The position numbers and the translations under genes were made by a program. The notes beneath the pieces are model-generated. The model saw only the letters and a list, made by a program, of their open reading frames with translations. It did no database searches and had not been told where the DNA came from. This document shows positions 1 to 13,880 of a stretch of DNA of 64,000 nt, piece after piece. Origin of the DNA: Octopus vulgaris (taxonomy: Eukaryota); assembly GCA_951406725.2 (NCBI GenBank), contig OX597814.1, forward strand, positions 44,516,001 through 44,580,000, given 5' to 3'. Positions within the stretch are counted from its first letter, which is position 1. Each line of letters opens with the position of its first letter.

Positions 1-33
1 AGAATAATTAATCTGTACTCTACAAAAGTATAC

Positions 34-445
34 GGCGTGGTTGTGTGGTAAGAAGGTTTGCTTCCCAACCACATGGTTCCGCGTTCAGTCCCACTGCGTG
101 GCACCTTGGGCGAGTGTCTTCTATTATAGGCACGGGTGAACCAAAGCTTTGTGAGTGGGATTTGTTGATAGAAACTGAAAGAAACCCATCGTATATAAAT
201 ATGTACGTATGTATGTATGTGTGTATGGGGGTTGTTTGTGTCTGTGTTTGTTCCCCACGACCGTTTGAGAACCAGTGTTCGTGAATTTAGGCGTCTATAA
301 CTTAGCAGTTCGGCAAAAGACAGCGATGCGATAAGTAATAGGCTTTAAGAAATAGGTCTTGATGTCAATTTGTTCGAGTAAAGCCCTCAACGCGGTGCTC
401 CAACATGGCCGCAGTTTAATGACTAAAACAAATAAAAGATAAGAT
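34..445 (+). mobile_element. tRNA-derived SINE, family A (internal microsatellite, AAAAGAT-type tail)
   Basis: A-box-like TGGTTGTGTGG and B-box-like GTTCAGTCCC head, internal (TA/TG)n, 3' end GCGGTGCTCCAACATGGCCGCAGT...AAAAGATAAGA. Homologous copies at 26072, 30295/31391 and 39650. Confidence 0.8.
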
Positions 446-1956
446 AACCTATCTGTTCAATACAAAATTGCGTTTATTATAACTGAACATAAAGTGAAAA
501 ATTGAAGTGTGTGTGTGTGTGTGCGTGCGTGCGTGTGTGTGTATGTGTGTGTGTGTGTGTGTGTGCGTGAGCGCACATGTGTACCGATGGAAAAGAAAAT
601 GAATGTCTTACTGTGTTCATTATTCAAGGCTAAGACTTATATTCCGTCACACCTTACAGTTTCTTGTTATTGTATTTTCGTTGGATGATGACAAACGCGT
701 CAGTGCCAGGAACGTCAATGCAACGGAAAATTTAAAATAGAAGTGAAGTTAGAATAAATATAGAAATACTTACACTTTTATAGACTGCTTTTTCTAACAT
801 TTGTAGACACAAATACTCTTACACATATTCATATATGAGGAATTACATCACAAACACCTGCACAATGCTTGTCGGAAACATTTGTAATTATCACATATAT
901 GTTTAAATTTCAACAAATTTATGTCTCATAAATCTCTTTGGTGGTTTATTATATAGCCTTTTGATAATGTAAGCACGAAACTTACTCATACCACTGAGAA
1001 ACACAAATTAAATTTGTAGTCCAATCTAGCACTTTCAGTTTGATTTTAATTATGACTTTTATTTAATAAATTCCACTAATATTACTTAATGCATTCAACC
1101 ATATTTGTTGTAGTTTATGTAGCAATATATAAAATGTAAGCCATTAAGAAGATAACAACTCCGCAGTTTTATTACTACCGAATTAATTCAAGCGTGTTGC
1201 TTTCCCACTGTGCCTAATTCCTGTGGCCAACAGCGGAGCCTAACGTTAATCACTAGATGAATCACATCTGCAACAAAGGCTAAATCATTCGAAACGAGGT
1301 GGTTATGACTTGCTAGAAATAGCAGCTAAATCATCACTGATCACACGTTGTTGTCATAAAAAATGAGGGCACATCACATAATATACTCGGAAATACATAA
1401 AATAAATATAACGATATGGAATGATCAGAGTTGAGTTATTTACGAATATAAACGTACTATTGAAGGCTAAAATGAGGCTAAACACCAACGCTAACATAAA
1501 GAACAACAACAACAATAAACTTGTATCTCGGAACAACTTTCACTGGCTTGGCTAATTTTCTTCCTTAAGTGTTGATCACCGATTACTAACTAAGACTGAT
1601 CACGAAAAATCAATTTAGTATCAAAGTATTTTATAATTTTATAGTGTATAAATTACTTTTATGAAAATTTATAGTCCTGAATTGAGTATAGATAATTTTC
1701 ATGTAAGATTTTATGGACCTGAAGGAATTTCCATACTTGGCTTTTATTTATTTTAATTATTCCTGTCCAACTTTCTACGTATATTGCACTAGTATTATCT
1801 TAATTCAGATGCCATTTATGAATTCCAATTATTAATGTTTTCTATATCTTCCTTAGCATTATATAGAAGTTACAAGAAAACACCAATGTATCACATAGTT
1901 ACATATGTATATATGTGTGTGTGTGAGTGTGTGGGTATTATATATATATATATATA

Positions 1957-2185
1957 AAGTTAATACAAACATGAAAACACAAAGAGAAAACACAACAACG
2001 CGAGGACGTGGAACAAGTGTAGTATTACTGGACGCACAGGAAAGAAGGAAAGAAGGAGCGTTTAACGTTTCGAGCGGAGCTCTTCGTCAGAGACATAGGA
2101 AAAGGAAAGATCCAAAGAAGGGAAGACGGAGGAATAAAAGTCGCCAACGGTACACACGCGGTCACATTTTGAATGACCGGAAGGG
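1957..2185 (-). mobile_element. PLE 3'-terminal stub between (TA)n tracts
   Basis: Carries a minimal HHR. Its terminal ~70 bp (CATGAAAACACAAAGAGAAAACACAACAACGCGAGGACGTGGAACAA) recurs at 13878-13951, also abutting (TA)n. Confidence 0.7.
2059..2095 (-). ncRNA. Minimal type I hammerhead ribozyme motif
   Basis: Minus strand reads tgtct CTGACGA a GAGC tcc GCTC GAAA CG TT aaacg. Helix III is the palindrome ACGT; helix I has one mismatch. Confidence 0.7.
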
Positions 2186-2563
2186 ATATATATATGACGG
2201 GAAGATACATATATATATATATATGCATGTTCGCATGCATACACATATATAGGCGTGCGAGTTCGGTCCAAAAGGTAATTTTACGTCATGATCTGGCTTG
2301 TCTCTGTATCACGTTAGCATCGCGGAGAAAGTCTATGAGGTATAATACAAACCTTTGAGATCTAAAATTTTGTGCCGGCATTACCGATATGTTGCAAGAG
2401 CAATGGTTAGCGATGGTCTTTCTCGATCAACAACATTGGTATTATTTCAAAAGGAATAAAATGGTTTAAAACAATGTAATCTTCTCATCATAAGACATTT
2501 TTGCAGAATGTAAGGAATGTGTATAATGATGAGCGGAACCTGCTAATAAAATAGTTACCGCAT

Positions 2564-4518
2564 ATGGACTTATTTAATATAAACGCATCTATTAAGGATA
2601 TACCCATCCCCCCCAAAGAATGCTTTCCTTAAGCAACCCATTAGTACCACAAATTCCTTTATTAACCGTATCAGATGGCTCGCTTTTTTCGTCGACAGTA
2701 AGGACATTCAACAGCTCACTAATGATCTAACTTCTGAATTTAAAAAAAATATTTAAATCTAAAAACAATCCTCCACCTAACCCATGATTGAAACAGTTTG
2801 AAGATGACCTCTGGTCTATCGTGAGGAATGTAAAATTTCACCGTTCACCCCTAAGGAATAAACATCTGAGATATCTTCACAATATCACCAAGGAAATTCA
2901 TAGCATGGATAGAATAGTTAAAAAAATTAAAGCTTAGTTTATGGTCCAATTCGTCCCAAGTCGTCGACTGGTTTAGTTGTATTGCTAAGTTTATCCAGTT
3001 TCACATTTCTAGTTTCTATTCCTCCATCAACCCAATAGTACTTAATAATGCACTCTGGCTAGCTCACAACAAAGCTGGTCTCATCAGGGAAGAGATTAAT
3101 GTCGTGTTAGCGGCCAGAAAATCTATCATAAAATTTGATAACAAGCTGTGGGTCCGTAAATATACACCCGATGGTTTTGGTGTCACGTTGGGAAGTTTTG
3201 ATTTAGCACAAATATACTTTATAAAATGGTAGATCAGTTCCCAATCATCCATGGATGTTTATATCGTGATGATTGTTTACTCTACCTTCAAAATATTTCT
3301 AACCAAAAAGTACAAAAGGTTAAGAATAGTTTAGTTATGTTTTTCCGAAGAATGGGTTTAGGCATCGTTTTTGACGATGATATAACGAAAGCCAAATTTT
3401 TAGATATACACTTAACTTACCCAATAATACTTACTTCCCATACCACAAACCATCAACCAATCTTAAGTATATTAGCCAATTCAGTAATCATTCTAGGGCA
3501 ATAAGTAAGAATTTAGTTAAAAATATTTCATTCAGATTGTCACAGATATGTGCTAATGTAGACATTGTCAACGACAAGGCTGAATTTTATAACACTGCCT
3601 TACTTAAACCAGGCTATGTAGAGAAATTTACCTACATTAATTCTATTCAATCTTATTCTACATTTAGTAATCGAGACATGAAATCTAGTTGTAACGATAT
3701 GAACGATTTTGATTTTAATTTAGACACCAATACCAAACGGAGTAACGTTTTTTTACAGCGTAAGGGAGATAACCGTTATTTAAGACCCTTTTTTCATTCT
3801 AAAGGTAAATCGAAGTCTTTTAAAGCTAGTTACATTAACAATAAGGCAACTACTAGCAAAACAATTTGGGAGGCAAATTAAATCTTATCTTCCTTTCCAG
3901 ATTCGTGAAGCTAAAATTAAGAACTTTCCAATGAATTCTAGGTATTACACGATTATCAACTCGCACATGATTAGGATTAGTTTTTCTAACACAAAAAACC
4001 TTTCACAAATTATCTCTTCACACAATATTAGTCTGTTAAATAAGAATCCAATCACTGAAAATACTAACATTAATTTAGGTAATAGTAACAAGGTTATTGT
4101 CTCTGAAGTCAATTCCAACAGAATTAAGGTTATGTCTAGTTATTCTAAGACTAAAAATTCTATATACCAGAGCAAAATTACTTCCGGTACCGATGTCTTT
4201 TTTATATAGGTACTCCTTCTCAATTATCTAAAATAATTTCTAATCCTTACTCTACATTTAGGGATAGTAATAAACGCAGCAGAACAGGGCTTAGAAAATT
4301 AACCTGGTATCTAAAAGATCATAATAAACAATTTAATTTAGATTGGTTGATTCTCTCCATTTCATTACCATGCGATAAAAGGCAAAGATTTCTGCCAACT
4401 CTGTAACAGTGAGTTCTTTTATATTCTATTTTCTACGAATCCCCTTGTAAACACGTTTACAGAGCGTGCTTATCGATGTAAACATTGGCAGAAACATACC
4501 TTTAGTTCATATAAGTGA
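2564..4518 (+). pseudogene. PLE reverse transcriptase + GIY-YIG endonuclease, frameshifted
   Basis: Fragments translate to MDLFNINASIKDIPIP, FINRIRWLAFF, LYRDDCL, AKFLDI, NSIYQSKIT, TGLRKLTWYLKD and C-terminal CQLC..E...LVN...E...CKH* (stop 4516-4518). Confidence 0.85.
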
Positions 4519-4810
4519 TTTCTACCATTCTATATAATTTGAACATTGATTTCCTTCTTACATTTCACTTCCATTACATATATCTATTTCCAAGCCTTTA
4601 AGCTTTTATTTTTATTCACATATCGCACTATATTTCTCCTTTATTAGTTTTCTGCTAATTCCTTTCTTTTACCCCTTCTTTTTCTATAGGTAACCTTTGA
4701 AGTTATATCTACTAACGGATTTCTTTAATAAACTTAATAGCGTTCCGTTCATCATTATACACATTCATCACATTCTGTAAAAATGTCTTATTAATGTTTG
4801 GTTTCTTTCT

Positions 4811-4898
4811 TTCCCTGATGCGAAGATTACATTGTTTTACACAATTTTGTTCCTTTGGAAATACTACCAATGTTGTCTTCGAAACATATATGTCGGAA
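4811..4898 (+). ncRNA. Hammerhead ribozyme motif with long helix II (A9->C lesion)
   Basis: TTCC CTGATGC GAAGATTACATTG...CAATGTTGTCTTC GAAA CATATATG TC GGAA. Confidence 0.75.
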
Positions 4899-5401
4899 GT
4901 AAAAGAATTTGAAAAACAACTGCGATTAGCTCCATTTATTTATTTATATATATTATACAAAAAATATTTCACATCAACTCGGAGTTTCTACCTTTACAAA
5001 CAGGGTGTTACGTCCTTCTTCCTTGTGTGTTTTTTGCTGTCCTTGTAACTTATTTTTCCGTGTTAATAGTAAACAAGGAGAAAATATACACATCCAATTA
5101 TACTTTGTATAGTTTCGATGGCCGTCCAATCATGAACGAGGAAGACTAGTGCTGACATTCAGGAATATTGCGCGCTCTAGTTTGTGGTTCATGAGCCCTG
5201 ATCTTGACATACATACACGACTGCAAAAATTGAAAAGCAAGCTTTCCCCATACGCCAGCAGTGCGCTTTCGAGCAGCACACTTATCGGGATGCTCTGGTA
5301 TATTATTATAGGGCGCAGTATCACCGCCTATATTCCGCGACCGAGCGAAGGGCAAGCAAGGCCCCGAACTTCATGGACGAAACCACGCTTAAATTATATA
5401 C

Positions 5402-5490
<89 letters not shown>

Positions 5491-5721
5491 AAATATATGG
5501 GGGAGTTGGAGTCAGTGGTAAGTTAGATGAAAGAATAGATAAATAAAAAAATAAAAAATAAAAAAATATATAAAAAATAAAAATAAAAATAAAAATAAAA
5601 ATAAAAATAAAAATAAAAATAAAAATAAAATAAATAAAACCTGCCTAAATGTATAAATGCTAATACAGTTAAATAGCTTTAATTTCTTGAATGAAACAGT
5701 ACTATGAAGTCTCTATATAAT

Positions 5722-5774
<53 letters not shown>

Positions 5775-6049
5775 TATATTCGAAGGCTACAGATGTACTG
5801 TAAAAATCTGCAAAACTTCCAGAAGTTTATCATTTAAGTATATATGAGCATATCTACATATACAACGTTATGCATGAGAATATATACTTAAAAGAAAACA
5901 AATAAATCTGCACATATACATGAATACATACATACATGCATACATACATACATACATACATACATACATACATACATACATACATACATACATACATGAT
6001 AGCTGCCCCCTCGTTATCGAGTATGGCCATTGTACGAAGCATAACTGTT

Positions 6050-7096
6050 ATTGGTGCTGTGATCGAATGTGACTTTTATTTACTTTTTAAGGCTACAGCC
6101 AGCCATTCAGTTGAGACACAGCACCATCTACAATCATGAACAATGTTGTTATCGTGGAAGGAGATTTTTTTTAAAGTGAGGAAAGGCTGTGCACTAAGTC
6201 AACCCCACTCATTAAGCAACAGCAGCCATAATCCGATGAATCTAAGTCTATGTTATTTGGCTCAGATGGGAAAAGGTACGTTCGTCGAAAAGCAGGTGAA
6301 AAATTGTCGCCTAAATACCTTAAGATTAATGTTAAATTCGGTGGAGGAAGTGTCATGGTTTGGGGTATGATATCTGGAGATGGTGTGGGCCCTTTGCTGC
6401 GATTACATGGAAAGGTAAATGCAGGAGTTTATAAACAACTTGTAAAAGATCATGTCTTGCCTGTGCTGAGAAATTCAACTAAGCGACCACCCATATTCAT
6501 GCAGGACAATGCCCCATGTCACAAGGCTAAAGCGGTCATGAACTTCTTCAAGGCTGAAAAGGTTATTATTACGGATTGGCTTGCTCAAAGCCCAGATCTC
6601 AATCCTATAGAAAACATGTGCTGGAGTCGGAAAGACAACATCCAGGTCTCCTGGAGAACGTTCGAAAGCCAGAAATCCTAAAACAACCGAGCAATTATGG
6701 AATGCCCTTCAGGAAGAATGGAATAAGATCACCCAGAAAGAAATTGAAAATTTAATTTTCTCATGCAGTCGAAGATGTCGAAGTTTGATTGAAGCTAAAG
6801 GGCTTCACACTAAATATGAAATAATTCCAGAATTCTCTGTCCTTTTTGATTATTTTGTTATTTTTTCAACCGTTCTGATCATTTTGGCCACCATGGGTTT
6901 TGCAGTAAATCACTATATCATCCATAATTTTTGTATTATCCACTCAAATTACATCAAAATCTCAGACAATACCAATTAATTTTGTATTTATTGTCTGTGA
7001 AAATATTGTCTGTAGAATATAAAACAACTTTGATAAAAACTTATACCTAATTTTCTGACGAAAACAATACCGTTCTGAACATTTTGGCCGCAACTG
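6050..7096 (+). mobile_element. Tc1-family (DD34E) transposon, 5'-truncated, right terminus retained
   Basis: ORF 6250-6681 has GGGSVMVWG and FMQDNAPCH...SPDLNPIE (34 residues between D and E). Ends ...TTTTGGCCGCAACTG|TA, with an inner copy CCGTTCTGATCATTTTGGCC at ~6869 (IR/DR-like). Confidence 0.9.
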
Positions 7097-8464
7097 TATG
7101 TGTGTGTGTGTGTGTGTGTATGTATATTTAGTCACAGCTTGACATTTTAATCCCATTACTTTATGATTCACCTTATGAGGTGAGTTTGCTCTATAAATGT
7201 ACCCCGTTTTTACAATTGAAATCTCCCCTCAAGATATTCAGTATCATGATCTGTAATAAAACATCTTTTATTATAATAACAAACTCATCGTAAATCAACG
7301 CGGCAGCTTTTAGAATTCGTATGAGGAATATGCTTTGGTTAACTTCAATTTCTGTTTTTCACTCAATATGCTGAAATGTTGCATTATAATATTAAATATT
7401 TAAGCCAAATGAAGCTTACACCCACACAATCTCTTGATATGTGATGATGTGTTATCAACTGTCAAGCAGTCCACGCAATAGCTGTTGATACCGCTGTATT
7501 CTAATTGACAAGAGTGCTTAATTTTGTTGGACTACAATTATTTTCGTTTTAGAAAGGAACAGCGGGTGCTGTATGAATCAGAATTTAAAGGCGTTATCTT
7601 ACTATGATTTAACTCTTTACTCTTTTACTCTTTTACTGGTTATATTTGTATTAATATATCGGTATTGCACAAATATTTACTATCGAGTGTTAAGTATCTT
7701 TTTTAAAATAACAATACCTGTAAATCTGAAACTTCAGAGGTATATTTCTATAAAATATGCAATTTTTCACACCTGCCTGGGTATCATATAGTACACCAGT
7801 TAAGAGATTCACTTATCCCTACTTTAAATCAAACAACTTCATAGTGTGAAATATATTCGGAATTGTCACATTTACATGTAGAAATCTTAGAAATAATGTT
7901 ATTCGCAGAACTAATGCGGTCTTTTCTTCACTGCACAAATATTTGTATAAGATTTTTTTGCTCATTCTATGAAATACCTTCATATTAAGTTGACTTTCAT
8001 AATTCATATAGATAACGTCTCCGAGTAAATACTCACAGAGTTTCAGATTTTGAAAAAGGCTGAATTTCCATGCCTACTAATCATTCAGACGAACTCCAAG
8101 TCACATCGTTTTTTGGAAAATATTTTGCATTTATTGTTCATTTTAACACTAAGCTGAAAGTCCATACCTCCCATACGATGATAAACCTTTTCTTTTGTCT
8201 GCATCTTTGAATTTACTTTCACATCTTTGTTACTTCCACTTGCCATCTGGGCTTTGGTTGATTTATGTCATGCTGATATTGTAACCGCAAACATAATTTC
8301 TAAGGAATGAAGGAAATAGCTTTCATGTATACATGGATGGCAAAAGCAAAGTCCTTTCACATTTAACAGTTATATCTCGCTAATTGTCATAAAGATATTT
8401 AAAAGTTGTTAAATATCTTAAAATCATTTCACTATTTATTTATATCTGTCTTGTATATATATTA

Positions 8465-8895
8465 TTCAATTCAATTTTCAATTAAATTTTTATTGGCTCA
8501 AAAAGCAAAAGCAAAGCCATGTAGGGGGACAGGGAGTTATGTACAGGGAGGGTGGTCATACAAAGAGTTCAGGCCATTTCTGGTGAAGAGTGACCTTGAA
8601 CCGAGCGGTCGTCAGCATCTTCATTATCTCGTCCGGCAGCTTATTCCACGGATCCGCAGCCCGGACGGAGAAAGCCCCTCTCTTTCGATTGAGATGAAAT
8701 CGTCGTAGATAGAGCTTTTCGGAGTGACCCCGCAGCCCACGCTCTGGAGCAGGAGTGAAGAACAGCTCTTTCGAGAGGTTGCACTTTCCGCTTATGATGT
8801 TGTGAGCGAGAATGAGATCACCACGGCGTCGTCGTTGTTCGTGAGAATAAAGATCGAGCGTCTTCAGCCTTTCTTCATAAGACAAATGCTTGAGA
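8465..8895 (-). mobile_element. CR1/L2-group LINE 3' end
   Basis: ORF 8556-8885: SYEERLKTLDLYS.EQRR.RGDLI...RGHS.KL...FS.R...WNKLP, the typical CR1-group C-terminus, followed by a short 3' UTR with an AATTG-like tail. Confidence 0.85.
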
Positions 8896-10172
8896 CAAAA
8901 GCATATTAGATGCTATTTCAAGTATTTCTTAGTTTCCTTCTTTTATATTTTATATTTGTGAAAGGAGACAATAAATTACACAAAAGATAATTAGAATTTC
9001 GTCTGTGCGTAGTGTTATTTGTGCTTGTATTGTCATTAGTATTTCGTCTATGTTCCGCTCTGAACAGACATACAAATATAAGCTCACCAGCTATGACTGC
9101 TCCGACATTTTGCTAGATAATTCACCCAAAACGTTCTCCTATATATTTCCTTGTAAGTTGTTACGGTGGGAGATTTTTTAGAATATCTAATATTCTAAAA
9201 AATGGCAAATGATTATGTAAATATCATTTATTAGATCGTGTACGCTTCATAATGCAATGGATACCCAGTCTTTATAATTTATAACTAAATAATTGAGTTC
9301 AGTTATGTACGCAAGCGGAACTTGATCAAATTTATATCGTTATGGTTAGATATGTAATGTACTTCTTTTTACAGCCTATTAAATGTTAATTAGAGTGAAA
9401 CATGATGCCTTGTGACAGAAACAGATAATATAACTTACAGTAATAACGGACGTACACGACATAAACCTATGCCCTCTATATCTATATAACCGTCACTAAA
9501 ATAGTTTTAGTAGATGTTAGTGTGTAGCTAAATAGATGATATTGATAAGGTGGATGATTTTTTATACGTTTTCTTTCCAAATGAAAAAGAGGAACTAATT
9601 TGTAGAAACGTAACGAGAATATTTAGGCTCCAACTAGTCACTTTGAACCTATAAATTGAATTTTAAATTTAATTTTAAAAATAAAAGGAAAATAAGGTAT
9701 TTCCGATCAATATATTTATAGAAATGTACATACATGCATACACGTGTGTGCATGAGTGTGTGTGTGTGTGTGTGTGTGTGCACTCGTGTGTGTGTAAGGA
9801 AAAGAGAAAGGAAGAGAGGGTGTAAGAAAAATATATATATACGCATCTATCAATCTATATATCTGCATATATATATATATATATAAACAACTTATAAATA
9901 AGGGCAAACGAATTTCTGATGCCAAATATGCCGAAATTGGACATATTGTCCATAACCATATAATTTTTCACAATACGCACGCTACTCGAAAAAGGGGCGA
10001 CAGGAATTTCTAAAAAAATCCCATTATTACCATATCGGACCGATTTCAGGATTAGTTCATAGGAACCCTCCCTTCGTCGGTGATAAATGTAGCAAAGAAA
10101 TAAATGAGATACTTACTCATACCCATGGAAGAAGCAAAACACTAAGTCATGAGCACAATTAAATATAAATTT

Positions 10173-10224
<52 letters not shown>

Positions 10225-10718
10225 TGTGTGTGTACATATACATATACGTTTTTTTCCCTTTGAGATTTACGCAAGTTCATGAGAGAATTCAAGCCGGTCG
10301 CTAACAAAGCGACAAAACCTCTTGAGTCAAGAGAGTTACCGGTGTTTGTATAGAGGCAGAGTGATAAATAAACAGATAAATATTAGTATCAACTGCAGGA
10401 GATTACGGTATGCTGTTGAAAATTTGGTCCGGAATTCACATCATGCGACATAGATTCCATGTACTAGCAATAACAGAAACTGAAAGCAGATTACTCCGAC
10501 CTACACATCTTATTTTCGACAATCTACATAAATGTCGCACCACATCATTTATGATTGCATTGCTTAGAGGTTCACACACACAAGGCATATCAGATTGTTT
10601 GGACGCTTAACATTATATAACTACCTTACTATAATTCTTGCATAAACAAATTTACTTGTAGTTTTAAAATCGCAGTGAGCCTTTACCTGCTAAGTATATA
10701 TATATATATATATATATA

Positions 10719-11115
10719 TCTTTATATATAAAAGAGAGGTTGTGTGTCTGTCTCCTACGATTTAGATTCCTAACTACTCCCACATTTTGCGGTGCAGTTT
10801 AACCAAAACCGGGTATCTTATAGTCGTGATGCATATCGAGCCCTTCTGGGTATTAGCGCGCGTCTACGATGAGTCTACGATTTTTTAAAAAATTTACCAT
10901 CATTTGTTTCCATTTTTAATGCATTTTTCTGCTATTATATAAGGGAAGTAACTCTCTAAAAATGTCTACGATGAGTCAACGATTTAAAAAAAAATTACCA
11001 TCATATTTTTTCCATTTTTAATGCATTTCTTTGCTATTTTTGTACTATAACTCTCTAAAAATGCTTATATAGTTATTTCCCTTACAAACCCGAGCAACGC
11101 CGGGCGATACTGCTA

Positions 11116-11116
<1 letters not shown>
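10719..11116 (+). mobile_element. Non-autonomous Helitron, copy 1
   Basis: 5' TC, 3' CTAG, hairpin CCCG-AGCAACGC-CGGG ~10 nt before the end, inserted at A|T within (TA)n. Closely related copy at 49068-49460. Confidence 0.85.
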
Positions 11117-11155
<39 letters not shown>

Positions 11156-11518
11156 GTGTGTGTGTGTGTATATATATATAGTGTAAGTCGGACTTTTTTT
11201 TATATATATACACCTATGTATATTTTTGTGCTAAATATATTTAATATCTTTTGTATATCGATTTGCCTATCTTGTTATTCCTTACATTTACTCCTCTACC
11301 TGCTCAAGTTCAAATCACGTGAGTACTACGAAGTGTATTCTACACAGAGACTGCCTGTTTCTAATCTATAAATTATATATATGTATGTGCATGTGTATAT
11401 ATGTATGTGAGTGTGTACGCCCCTGTGAAGGTGTGTGTTTGTGTTCGTGTGCATATACATATGCATGTATATATATATATATATTATACATACATAATAT
11501 ATTATACATACATAATAC

Positions 11519-11579
<61 letters not shown>

Positions 11580-11583
<4 letters not shown>

Positions 11584-12470
11584 GCAGGCGTTTTGTGAAA
11601 TTATCATATAGCTGCTGCCCCCATATGAAGAGTATTGTTACACGGATCCAATACCAAGAGCCTAAATCCAGTTGTAACTATCGAGACCCAGGTATCTATA
11701 CACTTGACCAGCGATGTATGATTTAATCTGTCATATATGAGGCAGAAGTTACTGCAACGCTAAATGATGACGCAACCAATTTAGAAGACCTATACTGGAT
11801 TTTTTGAAGAAAACTTTAAAAATCTCTATGCTAATCACATACCTTCCTTTCAACATAAGAGCAAGAGCAAAGCTTCTAAGTTGGCTAGTCACATATGGAG
11901 TTTCAACTATAAACACATACGATAAAGTGGAAAATAATCGATAAATCCACTGCTAATGGATGAAAAAATGCAAGCTATTCATAACTGAAAGAGCGCAGAT
12001 CCTTTTCAGATCTAATATCTCTAACACACTGCTGAACTCTAGGTGTGAAACTTTTCGCGGTTGTAAACATATACCTAAGGATTGGGAAGTTCCACCAAAG
12101 CCTCATCGATAACTGTACCATAAACTCCTAAGGTACTACTTTTTCTAGTAGTAATTTATGGTATAAGGGAGATAACTCCTTCCCCCTTTTGTACGTTTCT
12201 AATTTTTAATTTTCCGGTTTTTTAAACTTCCACTTATTTTCTATACTTCCCCCGTGTCTTTTCTTGTTTCTTTTCTCATTCAATTTTTAGTCTTTATGTC
12301 ATGTGGGCTGTGTCTGATGAGTGTGCTGTGATGTCAAAAGTGATCTGATACACTATTTGGGATGTTCTCAGCACAAGAAACTATTAATAGTACCTAAAAA
12401 TATGTGTCCATTAAATAAGATTTATCTCTCACCAGATGGGTTACTTTTTTGTTTATCTCAGTATCAGGGA
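11580..12470 (+). mobile_element. Naiad-like PLE 3' fragment (GIY-YIG + pLTR)
   Basis: Translates SYSCCPHMKSIV, CNYR...C, VIYEAEV, LASHIW and CKL...TE...LLNSR.E...GCKH. The 3' UTR contains an HHR. Confidence 0.75.
12311..12395 (+). ncRNA. Hammerhead ribozyme motif, intact core, weak helix I
   Basis: CTGATGA gTGTGCTG...CAGCACAa GAAA CTATTAATAG TA; helix III palindrome ACTATTAATAGT. Confidence 0.65.
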
Positions 12471-13115
12471 ACAGTACATTATGTGTGTGTGCGTGTGTGT
12501 GTGTGTGTGTCTGTGTGTGTGTGTGTAAATATGTATGTATGTATGTGTGAATGCTTGTATTATGTATGCATATTCTATTACATTGTGGAACGCTAATTTT
12601 AGCCATGTAAGAACACGTAAATATATTATATTCACTTTGCAAATCTTTCTTGTTATATCAAATATCACTTTCCCTTGTGCCACATGTTTACTTACAGAAT
12701 TACACTGTATGTGTTAAAAATAAGTGACTGGTGATTCTTATATTTTCCTCGGGCATTTTCTTTCCTCCTATTTTTTTTGTTGATCTTTGGACCTGTATTC
12801 TTGTTTGATCTTATGACACAAAGGCTTATAGTAATTTAAGAACTATTTCTTTTCTATATTGGCATTGTTTATTTATTGATTGATGTCTACACTAAATTCG
12901 TTGATATTATTTCAGTATTTTCCTATAATAGTATGCTAATACTAGAGAGATTTCAGTCGTCATGCAGTGCGGTTTTGGTTTTGACCGCTTGACAACGCCA
13001 TTCACCATGATGTGTTTCTAAATATCTGCTTCTAGGAGATTCCTTTTAAATTGGGAAAAATACAAAATTGTTGAATATAATGGTTATGCTAAAATATGAA
13101 ATATATATGTGTATA

Positions 13116-13157
<42 letters not shown>

Positions 13158-13292
13158 TTTAAATCTCAAATATAAATGATACATGCTTCTAAACGCCGGA
13201 GGTAGAAATTATTACAGAAAGTTGCTACCTTCAGAGGTTATACGTGTACAAGACTTATCAAATTTCAGACACTTGTCTACACAACATGTATA

Positions 13293-13398
<106 letters not shown>

Positions 13399-13846
13399 TA
13401 TGCGTCTATAAGGAAAGTGCGACAAGTCAAATAGTTGAATAAAATGGTCAAAGTTAAAGCGAAAAATCTCTCGGTGCGATTAGGACCTAGTTTTAAGATG
13501 ATTTCGACAAATGTATTTCATAGATCCACTATGAAAAAAGATATAGACTAAAACATAAACACGGAAACAATGTAAACCTTCAAGAAAAAGGATGTTGCTA
13601 ATGCAATTAGAAAATAATAGAAGAGCTTTGTCCGAATAAAAAAGTGAAAGACAAGGAGAGTTGTGTGACCAGAGCAACGTTCGTGATTGAGAAAGTGAAA
13701 CACTTTGATACTGACAAGGGGATGCGAGAATAGAAGTAACAGTAAGAGAAAACGGGAGCGAGTAGTAGAGAAAAAATAGTCTGAGGGAATAATGTAGCAG
13801 TAGAAGGAAGGGAACAATATGTGAGATACTTAAGCGGGAGGATGTA

Positions 13847-13877
<31 letters not shown>

Positions 13878-13880
<3 letters not shown>

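Larger units (their letters stand above)
2419..5050 (+). mobile_element. Near-full-length decayed Penelope-like element (Naiad-like) with 5' inverted pLTR
   Basis: Interrupted RT + GIY-YIG ORF at 2564-4518 and 3' pLTR with HHR at 4811-4898. 2419-2548 is an inverted copy of ~4737-4885 with an internal deletion. Confidence 0.85.

Noticed and set aside
5140-5151. GGAAGACTAGTG resembling the miR-7 5' end
   Set aside because: Only ~12 nt match, the rest diverges, and there is no precursor hairpin.
9885-10080. Possible Helentron/DINE-like fragment
   Set aside because: Only a vague resemblance; termini could not be defined.
11580-12060. Selenocysteine (UGA) codons or SECIS in the Naiad-like fragments
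   Set aside because: The Cys positions I could read are TGT/TGC or mutated; no in-frame UGA at those sites and no clear SECIS seen.
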